Assembly (NCBI GenBank): GCA_963755915.1
Contig: CAVWLP010000002.1
Span: 3,456,001-3,520,000, forward strand
Origin: an uncultured Phycisphaerales bacterium
Lineage (GTDB): Bacteria > Planctomycetota > Phycisphaerae > Tepidisphaerales > Tepidisphaeraceae
Direction: 5' to 3'
Length of the DNA stretch: 64,000 bases
In this document: positions 52,956-63,517 of the stretch, piece by piece
Layout of the letters: each line of letters starts with the position of its first letter
Position numbering within the stretch: the stretch's first letter is position 1
The notes under the pieces: generated by a model
What the model was told of the DNA's origin: nothing
Seen by the model: only the letters and a program-made list of their open reading frames with translations
Databases searched by the model: none
Position numbers and translations under genes: made by a program

Positions 52956-53518
52956 TCGCGGCAATCTCCTTTTTCGGCGGTGGGATGGTCCCGCACTCAG
53001 GGCAACGGTCGGGCGTGGGCGCAGATCGTAGCCGCAGTTGTGGCATATCCCGATGTGGCCTTTTTGTCTTCGCCTCAAAAACGCATAAAACCACCACGTT
53101 GGAGGTACAAGGAGTGCGATGAGTAGAAACCACAGCGGCACGATTAAATGATACTCCGTCGTTCCGTCAAACACCTTGACTACGCCGATTGCGAACCGAG
53201 ATCCCCTCAATCCGGACCATCCGCCGAGCGATTCCGCGCTAAAACCCTGGATGCCGTCTCCCGACTCCCAAGCAGTCGGACCGAATCCCCAGTGGCGGAA
53301 ATATCGCGGCAAGCCATACTCAGTCGCAATTTGTAGCGCGATTTGGCCGCCGCCTGTTCCAATAGTAACCCACTCAGGTCTAAAATGGGGGCTCACAATC
53401 GAAAAGCTAAAACTGTCGAAGTGGCTCACCGCGCCAACCAAAGCAACCCTACTCCGCCACTAAGCAGTAGCGAAACCATCGCCAGGCGGCGCAACATACG
53501 TTGGCCAAACCGTGTCAC
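52951..53518 (-). CDS. Cassette gene 6: 2-TM protein with C-terminal Zn ribbon (2 frameshifts)
   Basis: VPLWF..CHNCGYDLR / TPDRCPECGTIPPPKKEIAAN*. Confidence 0.7.
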
Positions 53519-53537
53519 GCTACAATTATATCGCATT

Positions 53538-53680
53538 TCATTCGATCAGCTTGAGCGAGTCCTCGGCCCACCGGACTGTCTCTGACAGACCAGTAGCCAT
53601 CGCGGGCCTGACGCGAAGCGTCGAATGGATTTTGCAAAAGTTGTAGTGCATGAAGTAGATCGCAATCGCGTGGGCGTGTT
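53538..53680 (-). pseudogene. IS1-family-like transposase 3' fragment
   Basis: HAHAIAIYFMHYNFCKIHSTLRVRPAMATGL..LKLIE*. Confidence 0.8.
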
Positions 53681-53937
53681 ATTTGAGTTGACGCAAGCGA
53701 AAAACCCCAATACATCACGAAAGAAGCCCAATTGTCCCCACCCGGCGGATCCCTCTCAATCACCCCCAAAAGCGACATCCAACAAACTGAACACTTTTTC
53801 CCAGACCCGCGCCGGCTTTGCCAGCAACTCGTTCCAACTCATTTCCGGTTAAACACTTGCGTCACTCCATAAAACTAGCATTCACTAATCAATTTTTGAA
53901 AAGTGTTCAGTTTTGTTCAGTTCTGTTCAGTCGCTCC

Positions 53938-55181
53938 CTAGAACTCAAAATCCGTCCCGCCCAGCCGCAGGTCCACTTCCGCCAGCACCCGCCTCTCCTC
54001 CGCCTCGTCCTTTGCCGAGAACGTAACGCTGAACCGCACATACGCCCCCGCATCATCCCACGGAACGGTGCTGATGAGCTTTTCAGTGATCAGCCACTGG
54101 CTGAAATCCTCCGCCCGCCCGAACCCGATGCGCTTTCCGTCCTTGCCCACCCCGCTGCGCGGAGATTTCACATACAGAAAAAACGACCCGCACGGCTTCC
54201 TCGCCGGCAGCTTGTGGCGATTCAAGACCGCCACCAGGCCGTCCATCCGCCGCGAATATTTCGCCGCGATCGACCGGGTGATTTCCGGATGATCCAGCGC
54301 ATAGCGCAGGCTTCTTGGATCGCCAAAAACTGCCCCGAATCCGTGTTGTCCTTCACATCCGCGTAAGCCCGGACCAGCAGCCGGTTCCCCGCCACGAACC
54401 CCAGCCGCCACCCCGTCATGTTGAACGCTTTGCTCATGGAGTGCAGCTCGATGCCGACGTCGATCGCCCCAGGCGTCGCCAGGAACGAGAGCGGCTTGCC
54501 GTCAAACACCAGCGCCGCATACGCCGCGTCGTGAATGACCACGAGATTGTGCTGCTTGGCAAACGCGACAACCGCCGCGAAGAATTCGGGCGTGGCGCTC
54601 GCGCCGGTCGGATTGTTCGGATAGTTAATCACCAGCGTCTTGGCCCGCCGAAGCTTGTCGGCCGGCACCGAGTTCAAATCGGGTAGGAAACTGTTCTTCT
54701 CCAGCAGCGGGATGTTGTGCACTTCGCCGCCGTAATACTGCGCGTGCGTTCCGAAGACGGCGTAGCCCGGCGAAGTCATGAGGGCCACGTCGCCCGGGTT
54801 GATCAGGCACGCAGGCAGAATCGAGAGTGCCGCTTTCGAGCCGATCGAGTGCACGATTTCGCTTTCAGGGTTGATCCCCTCGACGCCGCAGACGTTTTCA
54901 AGCCATCGCGCCGCGGCCTCCCTGTAGATCGCACCGCCGTTATCCGCGTAAGTCCGGTTCTGCGGTTTTCCAGCCGCGTCCGCCAGCGCCCGGATGCATT
55001 CGGGAAACGCCATCGCGTCCGGCTCGCCGACGCCCATGTCAATCAGTTCGACGTTCGGATTGGCGGCCAGGGCGGCGCGCTTCGCACGTTTGATGATTTC
55101 GAATTTGTAGATCTCCGTGCTTTTGCCGAACTGCGCGCCGCCGATGCGGTTGGCGAATAGAGACTGGATGTATGGATCCAT
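53938..55181 (-). CDS. dapL: LL-diaminopimelate aminotransferase (frameshift near 54305)
   Basis: FANRIGG..YKFE.IKRAK, NYPNNPTG, DAAY, SMSKAFNMTGWR, TVPWDDAG. Confidence 0.88.
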
Positions 55182-55229
55182 AGGGCGAGGAATTCTAGCG
55201 GTTTGCCGGCGATTTGAAACAGACGCCGT

Positions 55230-55895
55230 TCATTCCTTGACTACGGCAAGCGTAAATCCGTCGTATCCCTTGGAGCCAACGGTTTGCAATGCGGTCGCAG
55301 TGACGCGTTTTTCTTTGGAAAGGAGCTCGTTGAATCGGCGGATGCCCAGCACGTCGCGGTCGGAGCTCTTGGCGTCGATGACGGCGCCCTTGCGCACCAC
55401 GTTGTCCACCACAATGACGCTGCCGGGGCGCGAGAGCTTGAGGGACCAGTTGAAGTATTCAGCCGTGCTGGCTTTGTCGGCGTCGATGAAAAAGAGATCG
55501 AAGGGGCCGCGTTTTTCTGAGGCGAGCCGCGGCAGGGTTTGGATCGCGGGCGCGGTGATGATTTCAACGATGTTGGCGAGGCCCGCCTGGGCGATGTTGG
55601 TTTGCGCGACGGCGGCGTGCTTTGGCTCAGCCTCCAGCGTGATAAGCCGCCCCTCTTTGGGAAGCGCGCGGGCCAGCCAGATGGCGCTGTACCCGCCGAG
55701 CGTGCCGATTTCCAGGATTCGGCGGGCGCCGGAGATTCTCGCCAGCAGATGCAGGAATTTCCCCTCGTTGGGGGAGACACTGATCTTCGGCAGACCAGCG
55801 GCATCGATCGCGCCCATGGCGGCGTCCAATGCCGGGTCGGGGCCGACGAGAAGGTCGGTATAGTAGCGCTCAACATCGGTCCACTGCTGCGTCAT
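55230..55895 (-). CDS. O-methyltransferase (caffeoyl-CoA-type)
   Basis: ILEIGTLGGYS, FIDADK, VVDNVVR. Confidence 0.92.
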   Translation of the reverse strand: MTQQWTDVERYYTDLLVGPDPALDAAMGAIDAAGLPKISVSPNEGKFLHLLARISGARRILEIGTLGGYSAIWLARALPKEGRLITLEAEPKHAAVAQTNIAQAGLANIVEIITAPAIQTLPRLASEKRGPFDLFFIDADKASTAEYFNWSLKLSRPGSVIVVDNVVRKGAVIDAKSSDRDVLGIRRFNELLSKEKRVTATALQTVGSKGYDGFTLAVVKE

Positions 55896-57078
55896 AGGTC
55901 TCCCGGGCTGATTGTTTTGATCGTCTTTGCGAGCTGATCGAAATCGTCTTGCGTATTGTAGATCTGACAGCACGGCCGGGCGTGAATTTTTTCCTGCCAG
56001 CGGAACAGAGGAACTTCGATCTTATATTGGTCGTGCAGCCGCGATTGGAGCACGCCAAGCTGCGAATCGGTCAGCTCGTCGAGCGGCGGCGGCAGGGGAA
56101 CGGTGGCCATCGAGCCGAGCATCGAACCGTCGAGAGGGCTGAGTGAGGTGGTTTGCCAAAAATCGCAAAGCATTTGATTCACCCAGACCGCCATTTGGTG
56201 ATTGTGCGAAAAGAGTTTCTCCCAGCCGAGGTCGGCCATGAACTGGACGGCGCGCGGGATCGTGAACCATGCCGCGAAATCGCGCGTGCCTTGCCAGACG
56301 AATTCGGCCGGGAGGCCTTTGCCCAGGTTGTGACTGATGATGGTCGGATGGAAATCGCTTTGACGATCGGGGCGAACCCAGACGAAGGCGCACCCCTTCG
56401 GAGCAAACGCCCATTTGTGGAGGTTGCCGGAATAATAAGCTGGCGCGAGTTTGGCGATCTTGAGATCGAGCATGCCCGGCGCATGGGCGCCGTCGATGAG
56501 CACGTCGACGTTTCGGCTCGCGCAGGCTGAGATGATCTCGGCCACTGGGAAGACGATGGCGGTGGGGGAGGTGACGTGGTCGATCACCAGAAGCCGGGTG
56601 CCCGGCGAGAGCGCGGAGACGATCGCCCGGAGGATCGCCTCCGGCGACTCGATGGGGGTGGGGATATCGATTTCACGATAGCCGGCGCCGCTGCGCTGCG
56701 CGACGTATTTCATGGCCTGCCGGACGGCGTTGTAAACATGATTCGTAGTGAGCAGCTCGTCTCCGCTGCTGAACCGGCGCAGCGCAGCACACAGTTGATT
56801 GCCTCGGTGGCATTGGTGACCAGGCCGAAGTCGGCGGGCTGCATGCCGAGCCAGTCGCCGACGGCGGATTTGGCGATGTCAATAAGTTTTGCCGACTGGC
56901 GGCCCAGGATTTCAACCGGGTCGTTTTCAATGCGCATTCGCCAGGCAGTATGTTCGTCAAAAACGACGCGCGGCATCGCGCCGAACGAGCCGTGATTGAG
57001 CATCGCCAAGCCCGGCGCCAGCATAAACTGGTCGCGCATGTTGGGGCGAAGCGGAGAAGGTGGTCCCTGAAGTTTCAT
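55892..57078 (-). CDS. Class V PLP aminotransferase, isopenicillin-N epimerase-like (frameshift near 56775)
   Basis: LNHGSFGA, NAT, DHVTSPT, IDGAHAPG, GNLHKW, WQGTRD. Confidence 0.9.
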
Positions 57079-59065
57079 TGGGCTCCTGCTCCGCACCATA
57101 TTTGCCACATTTCGCGATAGGCCGATTCGACGTTGCGTGCGAATTGTGGCCCGTTCATCAGGGGCGACGCCAGCATGCGCGACCGCAATCCGGGCGCAGT
57201 TCATCGCGAAGTTTCCGGTTTTGTGCCAGGTCCACGGCGATGCGAACGTAATCCGCGGGACTTTGGGCAACGAATTGCGGTAGCCCGACGTTGGTGAGCA
57301 GGCTCACGCCAACGCGCGAGACGTGAGATTTTCCCGCCAGCGTGACGACTGGAAGCCCCATCCACAGGGATTCGCAGGTAGTGGTCGTGCCGTGATACGG
57401 AAACGTATCGAGCGCGATGTCGGCATCGAAATAGACTTTCAGATGGTCGCCCGCCCCCGGAGCGTAGGGACGAACATCGACACGGTCTTCGGAAACACCG
57501 CGCTTCGCGAATTCGGCGATCAGGCGCTTCTGGGTGGAGAGGGGACCCGTTCCCGATGATTTAAATAATATGTGCGCATGCGGAACGGCTTTGAGCAGAT
57601 CACCCCAGAGGTCAAGGACCTCGGGGCTTACCTTTGCCAATGCGTTGAAGCACGCGAAAGTCAGGCGGTCTTCGACGCGCATCTGGATCTCGGGGCTTTC
57701 GACCGGCGGCTGATAGCACCAGGCGCAGTCGGGCAGGCGCCAGAGTTTTTCGACGCAAAGTTCGTCGGCAAGTCCGGGGGGATCGACCAAGGCATCGGTG
57801 AAGCGATAGTCGATGGCGGCGATGCCGGTGGTATTTGGATAGCCGAGATAGGTGACCTGAACCGGCGCCGGTTTTTGGTTGAAGATGCCGAGACGATTTC
57901 CACCGGTGTGGCCGGTGAGATCGACGAGAATGTCGATCTGATCGGAGCGGATCAGGGTGGCCGCGTCTGCGTCGCTTTTGCCCAGGATCTCGCGCCAGTG
58001 TTGGAACAACGGTTTCATCCCCTCGGTCACAGTGTCTTCCTTGACCACGTTCGCGTAGGCGAAAAGCTCCACATTTTGCGGGTTGTGATTCTGTAGAAGG
58101 GGGAGGGTGAAAAAAGAGACGACGTGCCGGCGGAAATCCGGGGAGACGTAGCCGATGCGCAGGCGACGGTCTGGCGCTCGGTCGTTGGTGAAGGCAGGGG
58201 GTTCGACAGTCGGCAGGAGATGACGGGCTGCCCAGGCGCGGTGCTCTTCAAAAAGGGCCCGAGGATCGTCCCAGGAGAGATAGTTCAGCGTGAAGAGCAC
58301 GTCGCCTTGAATTTCGGGACTGTTGGGCTCGATCTGGCTTGCCTTGCGGTAGGCGGCAAGGGCCTCATCGACGCGGCCGAGGGTGCGGCGGACGTGACCG
58401 AGGTTGCTCCAGGCGGCGGCAAAATCGGGACGAAGGTCGATGGCACGGTTCAACTCCGTTTCCGCCTCATCGAGGGCCCGATTGTTCATCTGTGTGATGA
58501 CAGAGCGGACCATAGCGACACCAACATTATTGAACGCATCGGCGTGGTTGGGATCGAGAGCCAGGGCGGCGCGGAAAGCTTCCGCGGCATGCTCGGGGTC
58601 TTCGTTGACCAGCAGGGCCATGCCCAGGCTGTTGTGGGCATCGGGGTTTTGCGGCTGGAGGCGGACGGACTGGCGCTGGCAAGCGACGGCTTCCTCGGGC
58701 TGGCCGCGCTCGCGCAGCAGGTTTCCGAGGTTGCGGTGAGATTCGGGGAATTCGGGCTGGAGGCGCACCGCCTCGCGAAAGGCGGCGATGGCCTCGTCGA
58801 CCTTTGCGCTGTTGCGCAGAGCGTTGCCGAGGTTGTAATAAAGTTGTCCGGAGGGCTGGAGCTTGACAGCGCGTTGGAGAAGGGGGATGGCTTCGTCGAA
58901 ATGCTGCATCTGCGCGGCGATGACGCCGAGGGCTTGAAGGACGCCGGCGTTGTTGGGTTGTTTTGCGAGGAGGGAGCGGAAGATTTTTTCGGCCTGGTTG
59001 AGATCGCCTGTCGCGTTGGCCTGGAGGCCGCGGTGCATGGCGCGGTTGAATTCAATCGGCGTCAT
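57075..59065 (-). CDS. TPR O-GlcNAc transferase, SPINDLY/GT41 family (frameshift near the 3' end)
   Basis: TPRs; RIGYVSPDFRRH; DILVDLTGHT; PAPVQVTYLGYPNTTG; DIALDTFPYHGTTTT. Confidence 0.93.
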
Positions 59066-59527
59066 CGGGGGCGAGGAATATAAACCGGGCGCTGGCGGCG
59101 ATCCAAATGGGACGCGGGTCAAACAGTTTGTTGGGGGGACTTTTGATTTTTCGTTTGGCCCTTCGGGTACAAAAGGTAACAGTCCGCAACAAGCTGGGTA
59201 GGATGGGCAATTTGGGGTAGAGGACATGGGGTGTATGGACATTGTTTAGTCTCGATTGTGTTTTTATTGTGGATATGCGATTTCAGGGCAAATTCGAAAC
59301 TCGAATGTTTGAAGAACGGATTCATCGCCGAGTCGCGGGCGGGGCAAAGCGCATAACATGCTCTATAGACGCGATAGGCGGATTCTGGATACTGCGGGTG
59401 CGGAAACAGAGACGAAGCGATGAGGGTTCGGTCTCGGTGCATTGGGGTGACGGGATTTGAACTGCGCCGTCACCGCTCGAGATTCCACTGAGATAATCAA
59501 TCACGGTTTCGTTTAAGTGAATCGCAT

Positions 59528-59589
59528 TTCTTGGCGCTCTTGGCGGTTATGAAGATTTTAACCGCCAAGACGCCAAGAGTGCCAAGAAA
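59528..59589. repeat. Palindromic (GCCAAGA)n repeat
   Basis: TTCTTGGCGCTCTTGGCGGTTA..TAACCGCCAAGACGCCAAGA. Confidence 0.8.
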
Positions 59590-59657
59590 AAAGATAGGGG
59601 GCCTTTACGGACGGGGTGATCAGTGACGGCCCCTTCAATAATAAACCCTCCGCCCCC

Positions 59658-60536
59658 TCATCGCGCCCGCTTCCGCCTCGCGGCCAACAGGCTAATCCCA
59701 ATCCCAACCAGACCCAGGCTCGCCGGCTCGGGAACAACGGCGGCGCCCGTCGTGAAGTCCACCTCCGTCTTGGTATCGAATAACTGGAATTGATTCACAT
59801 TATTGCCATCGGTGGTGCCGATGCGGTCGTCGAACGTCAACAGCACCGAGTAGCTGGTATCCGGCGCCAACGTGCTCGCGGGGATCACAAAGTTAGTCAG
59901 GCTCGCGGTCTGATCTGTGTACGTGGAGTAGACATCCGCGCCAAAGCCCGAAGTATACACGTCGAGAAACACGTAATGGTCGGCCCCGGCGGTGACGCCA
60001 AAGTCGGGGTTATCCAGCATCGGCGCGAACGCGACATTGATCGGCTGGCTCGTATCCGCTCCCTGCAACCCGTTAAAACTGGCCGCCGTCAGGGTCGGCA
60101 TATTCGCGGTGTAAAAGTCCGACGTATAGTTGATCGTGCTTGAGACCGGCCCGTTCGTTCCGCCGGTGAGACCATAGGTGTAACTGCCAAACGGGTAATC
60201 GGAATCCATCGCCGCCTGGGTGGGATAGGATGCGCTTTGGGTTATGTAATACCCCGCTGCCGTCTCGTTGTTTAAGAAAGTGTACGTTCCCGGAACGTCG
60301 ACCATCGCGGCAGGACTGCTTGGACCTGGATAAGTCAGCGTGGCATTATCGAAATCACCCGTATTTTGGTAAAAGGCGCGGGCTGCAAAATAGTCGTTCG
60401 TATCGGCCATGGTGCCGCCGGCAGAGACCTGCGTTTGCTGGAGCGATTTTCCCAGGTCAACCGTTATCAGCTGGGCCTGGGCAGCGCCACTGAAACCGCC
60501 GATCAGGCACACAACTGCAAATCGCAGAGCTTTCAT
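59658..60536 (-). CDS. PEP-CTERM sorting domain protein
   Basis: Signal peptide; VPEPASLGL..RRKR C-terminus. Confidence 0.9.
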   Translation of the reverse strand: MKALRFAVVCLIGGFSGAAQAQLITVDLGKSLQQTQVSAGGTMADTNDYFAARAFYQNTGDFDNATLTYPGPSSPAAMVDVPGTYTFLNNETAAGYYITQSASYPTQAAMDSDYPFGSYTYGLTGGTNGPVSSTINYTSDFYTANMPTLTAASFNGLQGADTSQPINVAFAPMLDNPDFGVTAGADHYVFLDVYTSGFGADVYSTYTDQTASLTNFVIPASTLAPDTSYSVLLTFDDRIGTTDGNNVNQFQLFDTKTEVDFTTGAAVVPEPASLGLVGIGISLLAARRKRAR

Positions 60537-61039
60537 GAGGAACCTCCTGGAGAGCGTCAAAACCACACCCACGGCAAGTGCTGAACGTCAAGGAGCCAAG
60601 CGCGTCTTTACCAAAGGCAATGCCTGGCAAACGAATGAAGAGAGGCTGAATAAAAAAGAGCGACGCAACTGCGGTAGCACCCGACGCTTTTCAGCCTAAG
60701 GCAAATATATACAAGGCAAGCGGGAAGGCAAAACATTTTGGACGATTAACGAAATCCTCACATCTAGAGATGCACTTTCTGCTTCCTGATTTCCCGCCAC
60801 CACGAAGAATGGGGGGTTATGGATTTCTCACGGCCCTTTTACTCCCCGGCATGGGCAATGGTGGATGCGCCAAACTCCCGGATCACGAATGGAGGAGGCA
60901 ACGCGATCACTGTTGGAGATTAAAATCGGGACAACAAGACGGCTGTTGAACTTTTTCTGGCTTGCGCCCGGGGACTCGACGCCTCAATCCGGTTTTTGCC
61001 TTAAGCCCCCCTTGATCTGAGGATAAAGATCGACAATAC

Positions 61040-61055
61040 TTAGTCGAATGGCTAA
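61040..61055 (+). promoter_or_regulatory. Putative ArsR autoregulatory operator overlapping the start codon
   Basis: TTAG-N8-CTAA inverted repeat. Confidence 0.5.
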
Positions 61056-61401
61056 CAATTATGCCCAACTCGACCGCGTCTACCGCGCCTTGGGAGACCC
61101 GACGCGCCGGGCAGTGATAGAGCGATTGTGCGAGGGAGCCGCATCTGTTGGCGACTTAGCCAAGCCCTTCGACATGGCATTACCAACGTTCCTCCAGCAC
61201 CTGAAGGTAATGGAGGAATGCGGGCTGCTTAAGTCCCGAAAGGCGGGCCGGGTTCGAACTTTTGAGTTCGAACCAAAGGTATTAAAAAAGGCGGAAAGCT
61301 GGATGGCGGCACAGCGGGCCATCTGGGAACAACGCTTTGACCAATTCGACGATTACGTCAAGACTTTAAGGCACAAGGAGAAAACCAATGAGCCGGCTTA
61401 A
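61048..61401 (+). CDS. ArsR/SmtB family regulator
   Basis: [17 protein letters not shown]. Confidence 0.92.
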   Translation: MANNYAQLDRVYRALGDPTRRAVIERLCEGAASVGDLAKPFDMALPTFLQHLKVMEECGLLKSRKAGRVRTFEFEPKVLKKAESWMAAQRAIWEQRFDQFDDYVKTLRHKEKTNEPA

Positions 61402-61867
61402 CCCCGAACTCGACCTGATCTTTGAACGTGTGGTGGATGTCCCGCCAGAACTCGTGTGGGCCGCGTGGACCAAACCGCAGCACATCAAAAAGTGGTTCAC
61501 CCCGGCTCCATGGACGACGATCGATTGTGAAATTGACCTTCGGCCAGGTGGGATTTTTCGCACGGTCATGCGTTCACCAGAAGGGCATGAGTTTCCGAAT
61601 GTGGGTTGCTACCTTGAAATCATCGATAATCAAAAGCTCGTATGGACCGGCGCCTTGGAGCCTGGCTACCGTCCGCGCGACACTTCCGGTTTTCCATTCG
61701 TTTTCACGGCGATCATCAAGCTCGAACCGCATGGAAGTGGGACAAAGTACGTGGCCTGCCTCCTGCACAGTGATGCGGCCGGCCGGAAGAAGCATGAGGA
61801 TATGGGTTTTCACACCGGCTGGGGGAAAGCCCTTGATCAACTGGTCGCACTCGCAAAAACGATGTAA
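61388..61867 (+). CDS. SRPBCC (AHSA1-like) family protein
   Basis: [22 protein letters not shown]. Confidence 0.92.
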   Translation: MSRLNPELDLIFERVVDVPPELVWAAWTKPQHIKKWFTPAPWTTIDCEIDLRPGGIFRTVMRSPEGHEFPNVGCYLEIIDNQKLVWTGALEPGYRPRDTSGFPFVFTAIIKLEPHGSGTKYVACLLHSDAAGRKKHEDMGFHTGWGKALDQLVALAKTM

Positions 61868-61925
61868 GCACATCGACGGTAGTAAACGGCCAAGATTTCA
61901 AAATAATCGGTGGCCATTTGGACGC

Positions 61926-61964
61926 TTGACAATGGCAGAAAACGCGATATAGTTTCCTAGGAAA
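61926..61964 (+). promoter_or_regulatory. Promoter plus palindromic operator (probably MarR)
   Basis: TTGACA-16bp-TATAGT followed by TTTCCTAGGAAA palindrome. Confidence 0.65.
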
Positions 61965-61984
61965 TCATTGAAGGAACCTTTCCT

Positions 61985-62380
61985 ATGGACATTGTCACCA
62001 AATCGGTTTTTCTGAAGTGTTCATCTCAGGCAGCGTGGAAATTGCTTGCCGACGGGGGGCAATGGCCGCGATGGGCTGTCCGGAATGTTCTGGCGTCCAG
62101 GACGGCCGGGGAGAATCGCTGGGAGATCCGGACGCCCCGCGGGCCGGGGGTGCTGGAGATTCGTGGCGTCGAGGCGTTTGGGATTCTCGATCACGACTTC
62201 ATCGACCCCAAGGAGGGGAAATGGAGCGTGCCGGCCCGGGTGGTTTCGGTTTCGACGGGGTCGGTGTTCATCATGACGCTGGAAAAACCTGCGGGGATGC
62301 CGAGGGACGCCTTTGAGCTTGGGCTGAAGGGGTTGGACGACGAGCTGGCCCAGTTGGCACAGTTAGCCTCGTCGCTTTGA
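61985..62380 (+). CDS. SRPBCC/polyketide cyclase-like protein
   Basis: WPRWA, TPRG, GILDH, VPARVV. Confidence 0.75.
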   Translation: MDIVTKSVFLKCSSQAAWKLLADGGQWPRWAVRNVLASRTAGENRWEIRTPRGPGVLEIRGVEAFGILDHDFIDPKEGKWSVPARVVSVSTGSVFIMTLEKPAGMPRDAFELGLKGLDDELAQLAQLASSL

Positions 62381-62389
62381 GGAGAGCCG

Positions 62390-62851
62390 ATGGCGAGGAA
62401 AATCGAAGTCAGCGAACTGGAAAAACATCTCGGCTATTGGCTGCGGTTCGTCTCGAACCACGTCTCGCATGCGTTCATGCAGAAAGTGGAAGCGAAAGGC
62501 GTCACGGTTGCGGAGTGGGCAATCATGCGGGAAATGCTGGAGGCGGGGCCGGTGAATCCGAGTGAGTTGGCGGAGCGATTGGGCATGACGCGGGGAGCGA
62601 TTTCCAAGCTGGTCGAACGGCTTCGTCGCAAGGAATTTGCCGAGCGAACGGCGTCGAAGGGAGATCGCCGGTACCAGAGCGTGACTCTGACGGCGAAGGG
62701 GGAAAAGCTGGTTCCGAAGCTGGCCCAGCTTGCCGACGAGAACGACCGGGAGTTTTTCGGGCATCTCGGTGGAGAAGAGCAGGCGGGTCTTGTCCGGTTG
62801 CTCAAGGATGTGGTTCAGCGGCATGGATGGAAGGATGTTCCAGTCAGTTGA
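62390..62851 (+). CDS. MarR family regulator
   Basis: ELAERLGMTRGAISKLVERL, DRR..LTAKG. Confidence 0.92.
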   Translation: MARKIEVSELEKHLGYWLRFVSNHVSHAFMQKVEAKGVTVAEWAIMREMLEAGPVNPSELAERLGMTRGAISKLVERLRRKEFAERTASKGDRRYQSVTLTAKGEKLVPKLAQLADENDREFFGHLGGEEQAGLVRLLKDVVQRHGWKDVPVS

Positions 62852-62882
62852 ATTGTTTGGTTCTAACCAGAAGGAGATATTT

Positions 62883-63167
62883 ATGATCGGCGGCGTGAAG
62901 CATGTGGTCGTGAATGAAGGGCAGGAAGAGAGTTTTCTTGCCCTGTTTCGAACGCTGAAATCGGAGATGGCCACGCATGAGCCGGGGAACGTGTACTACG
63001 ACTTGTACCGGTCGCGGAAGGCGCCGCGGACGTACGTGGTGACGGAGCGCTATCGTGATGAGGCGGCTTTCAAGTCGCATCAAACATCGGCGTATGGGCC
63101 GGGGCTTTTTAAGCAGATGCGGGCGATCATCACGATCGAGGTGGAGTATTTTGACAGCGTCGAATAA
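62883..63167 (+). CDS. Antibiotic biosynthesis monooxygenase (ABM) family protein
   Basis: EPGNVYYDLY, ERYRDEAAF..H. Confidence 0.85.
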   Translation: MIGGVKHVVVNEGQEESFLALFRTLKSEMATHEPGNVYYDLYRSRKAPRTYVVTERYRDEAAFKSHQTSAYGPGLFKQMRAIITIEVEYFDSVE

Positions 63168-63517
63168 TTGCAGGAAAGGCTGGCTGGGCGTGTGTTTTGC
63201 CATGCCCAATTTTCCCAAAGCGCCCAGTTTGTTGCGGAGTGTCAAGTTTTGTATTGAAGGGGATGGGACAAAAATATCGCGGGTCGTGAGCAAATTGTCT
63301 CGCACGCTTCGCGGAATTTTTTTGCGCTACGAGTAAAAACCCCCTCCCCAACCCTCCCCTCTTCGAGCCTGAGCCTCAGAGCCGAAGGCCGGATTACCGG
63401 GGGCGGGGGAAGAGTGAGAGCTTTTTCTTTCATACTGAAATTAAAGGGTGTTTCGAGTAGATTGGTGGGCTTGGTACGGAAGGGCGGATGGGCCGGGCTG
63501 TTTGCGGACAATACATC

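Larger units (their letters stand above)
49446..53690 (-). mobile_element. Array of IS1-like end-delimited gene cassettes
   Basis: Repeated transposase tails (VWEIEELxxLxD*) and terminal repeats GGTAGTGGGTCAGTTTGAAA at 49583, 50521 (degenerate), 51248, 51868, 52356. Confidence 0.8.

Noticed and set aside
49446-53690. Classical integron with attC sites
   Set aside because: No tyrosine integrase in the window, and the junction motif is not an attC-type RYYYAAC...GTTRRRY palindrome. It instead co-occurs with DDE transposase tails.
59240-59510. Short ORFs between the GT41 gene and the PEP-CTERM gene
   Set aside because: No recognisable motifs or consistent coding frame; the region is flanked by repeats.
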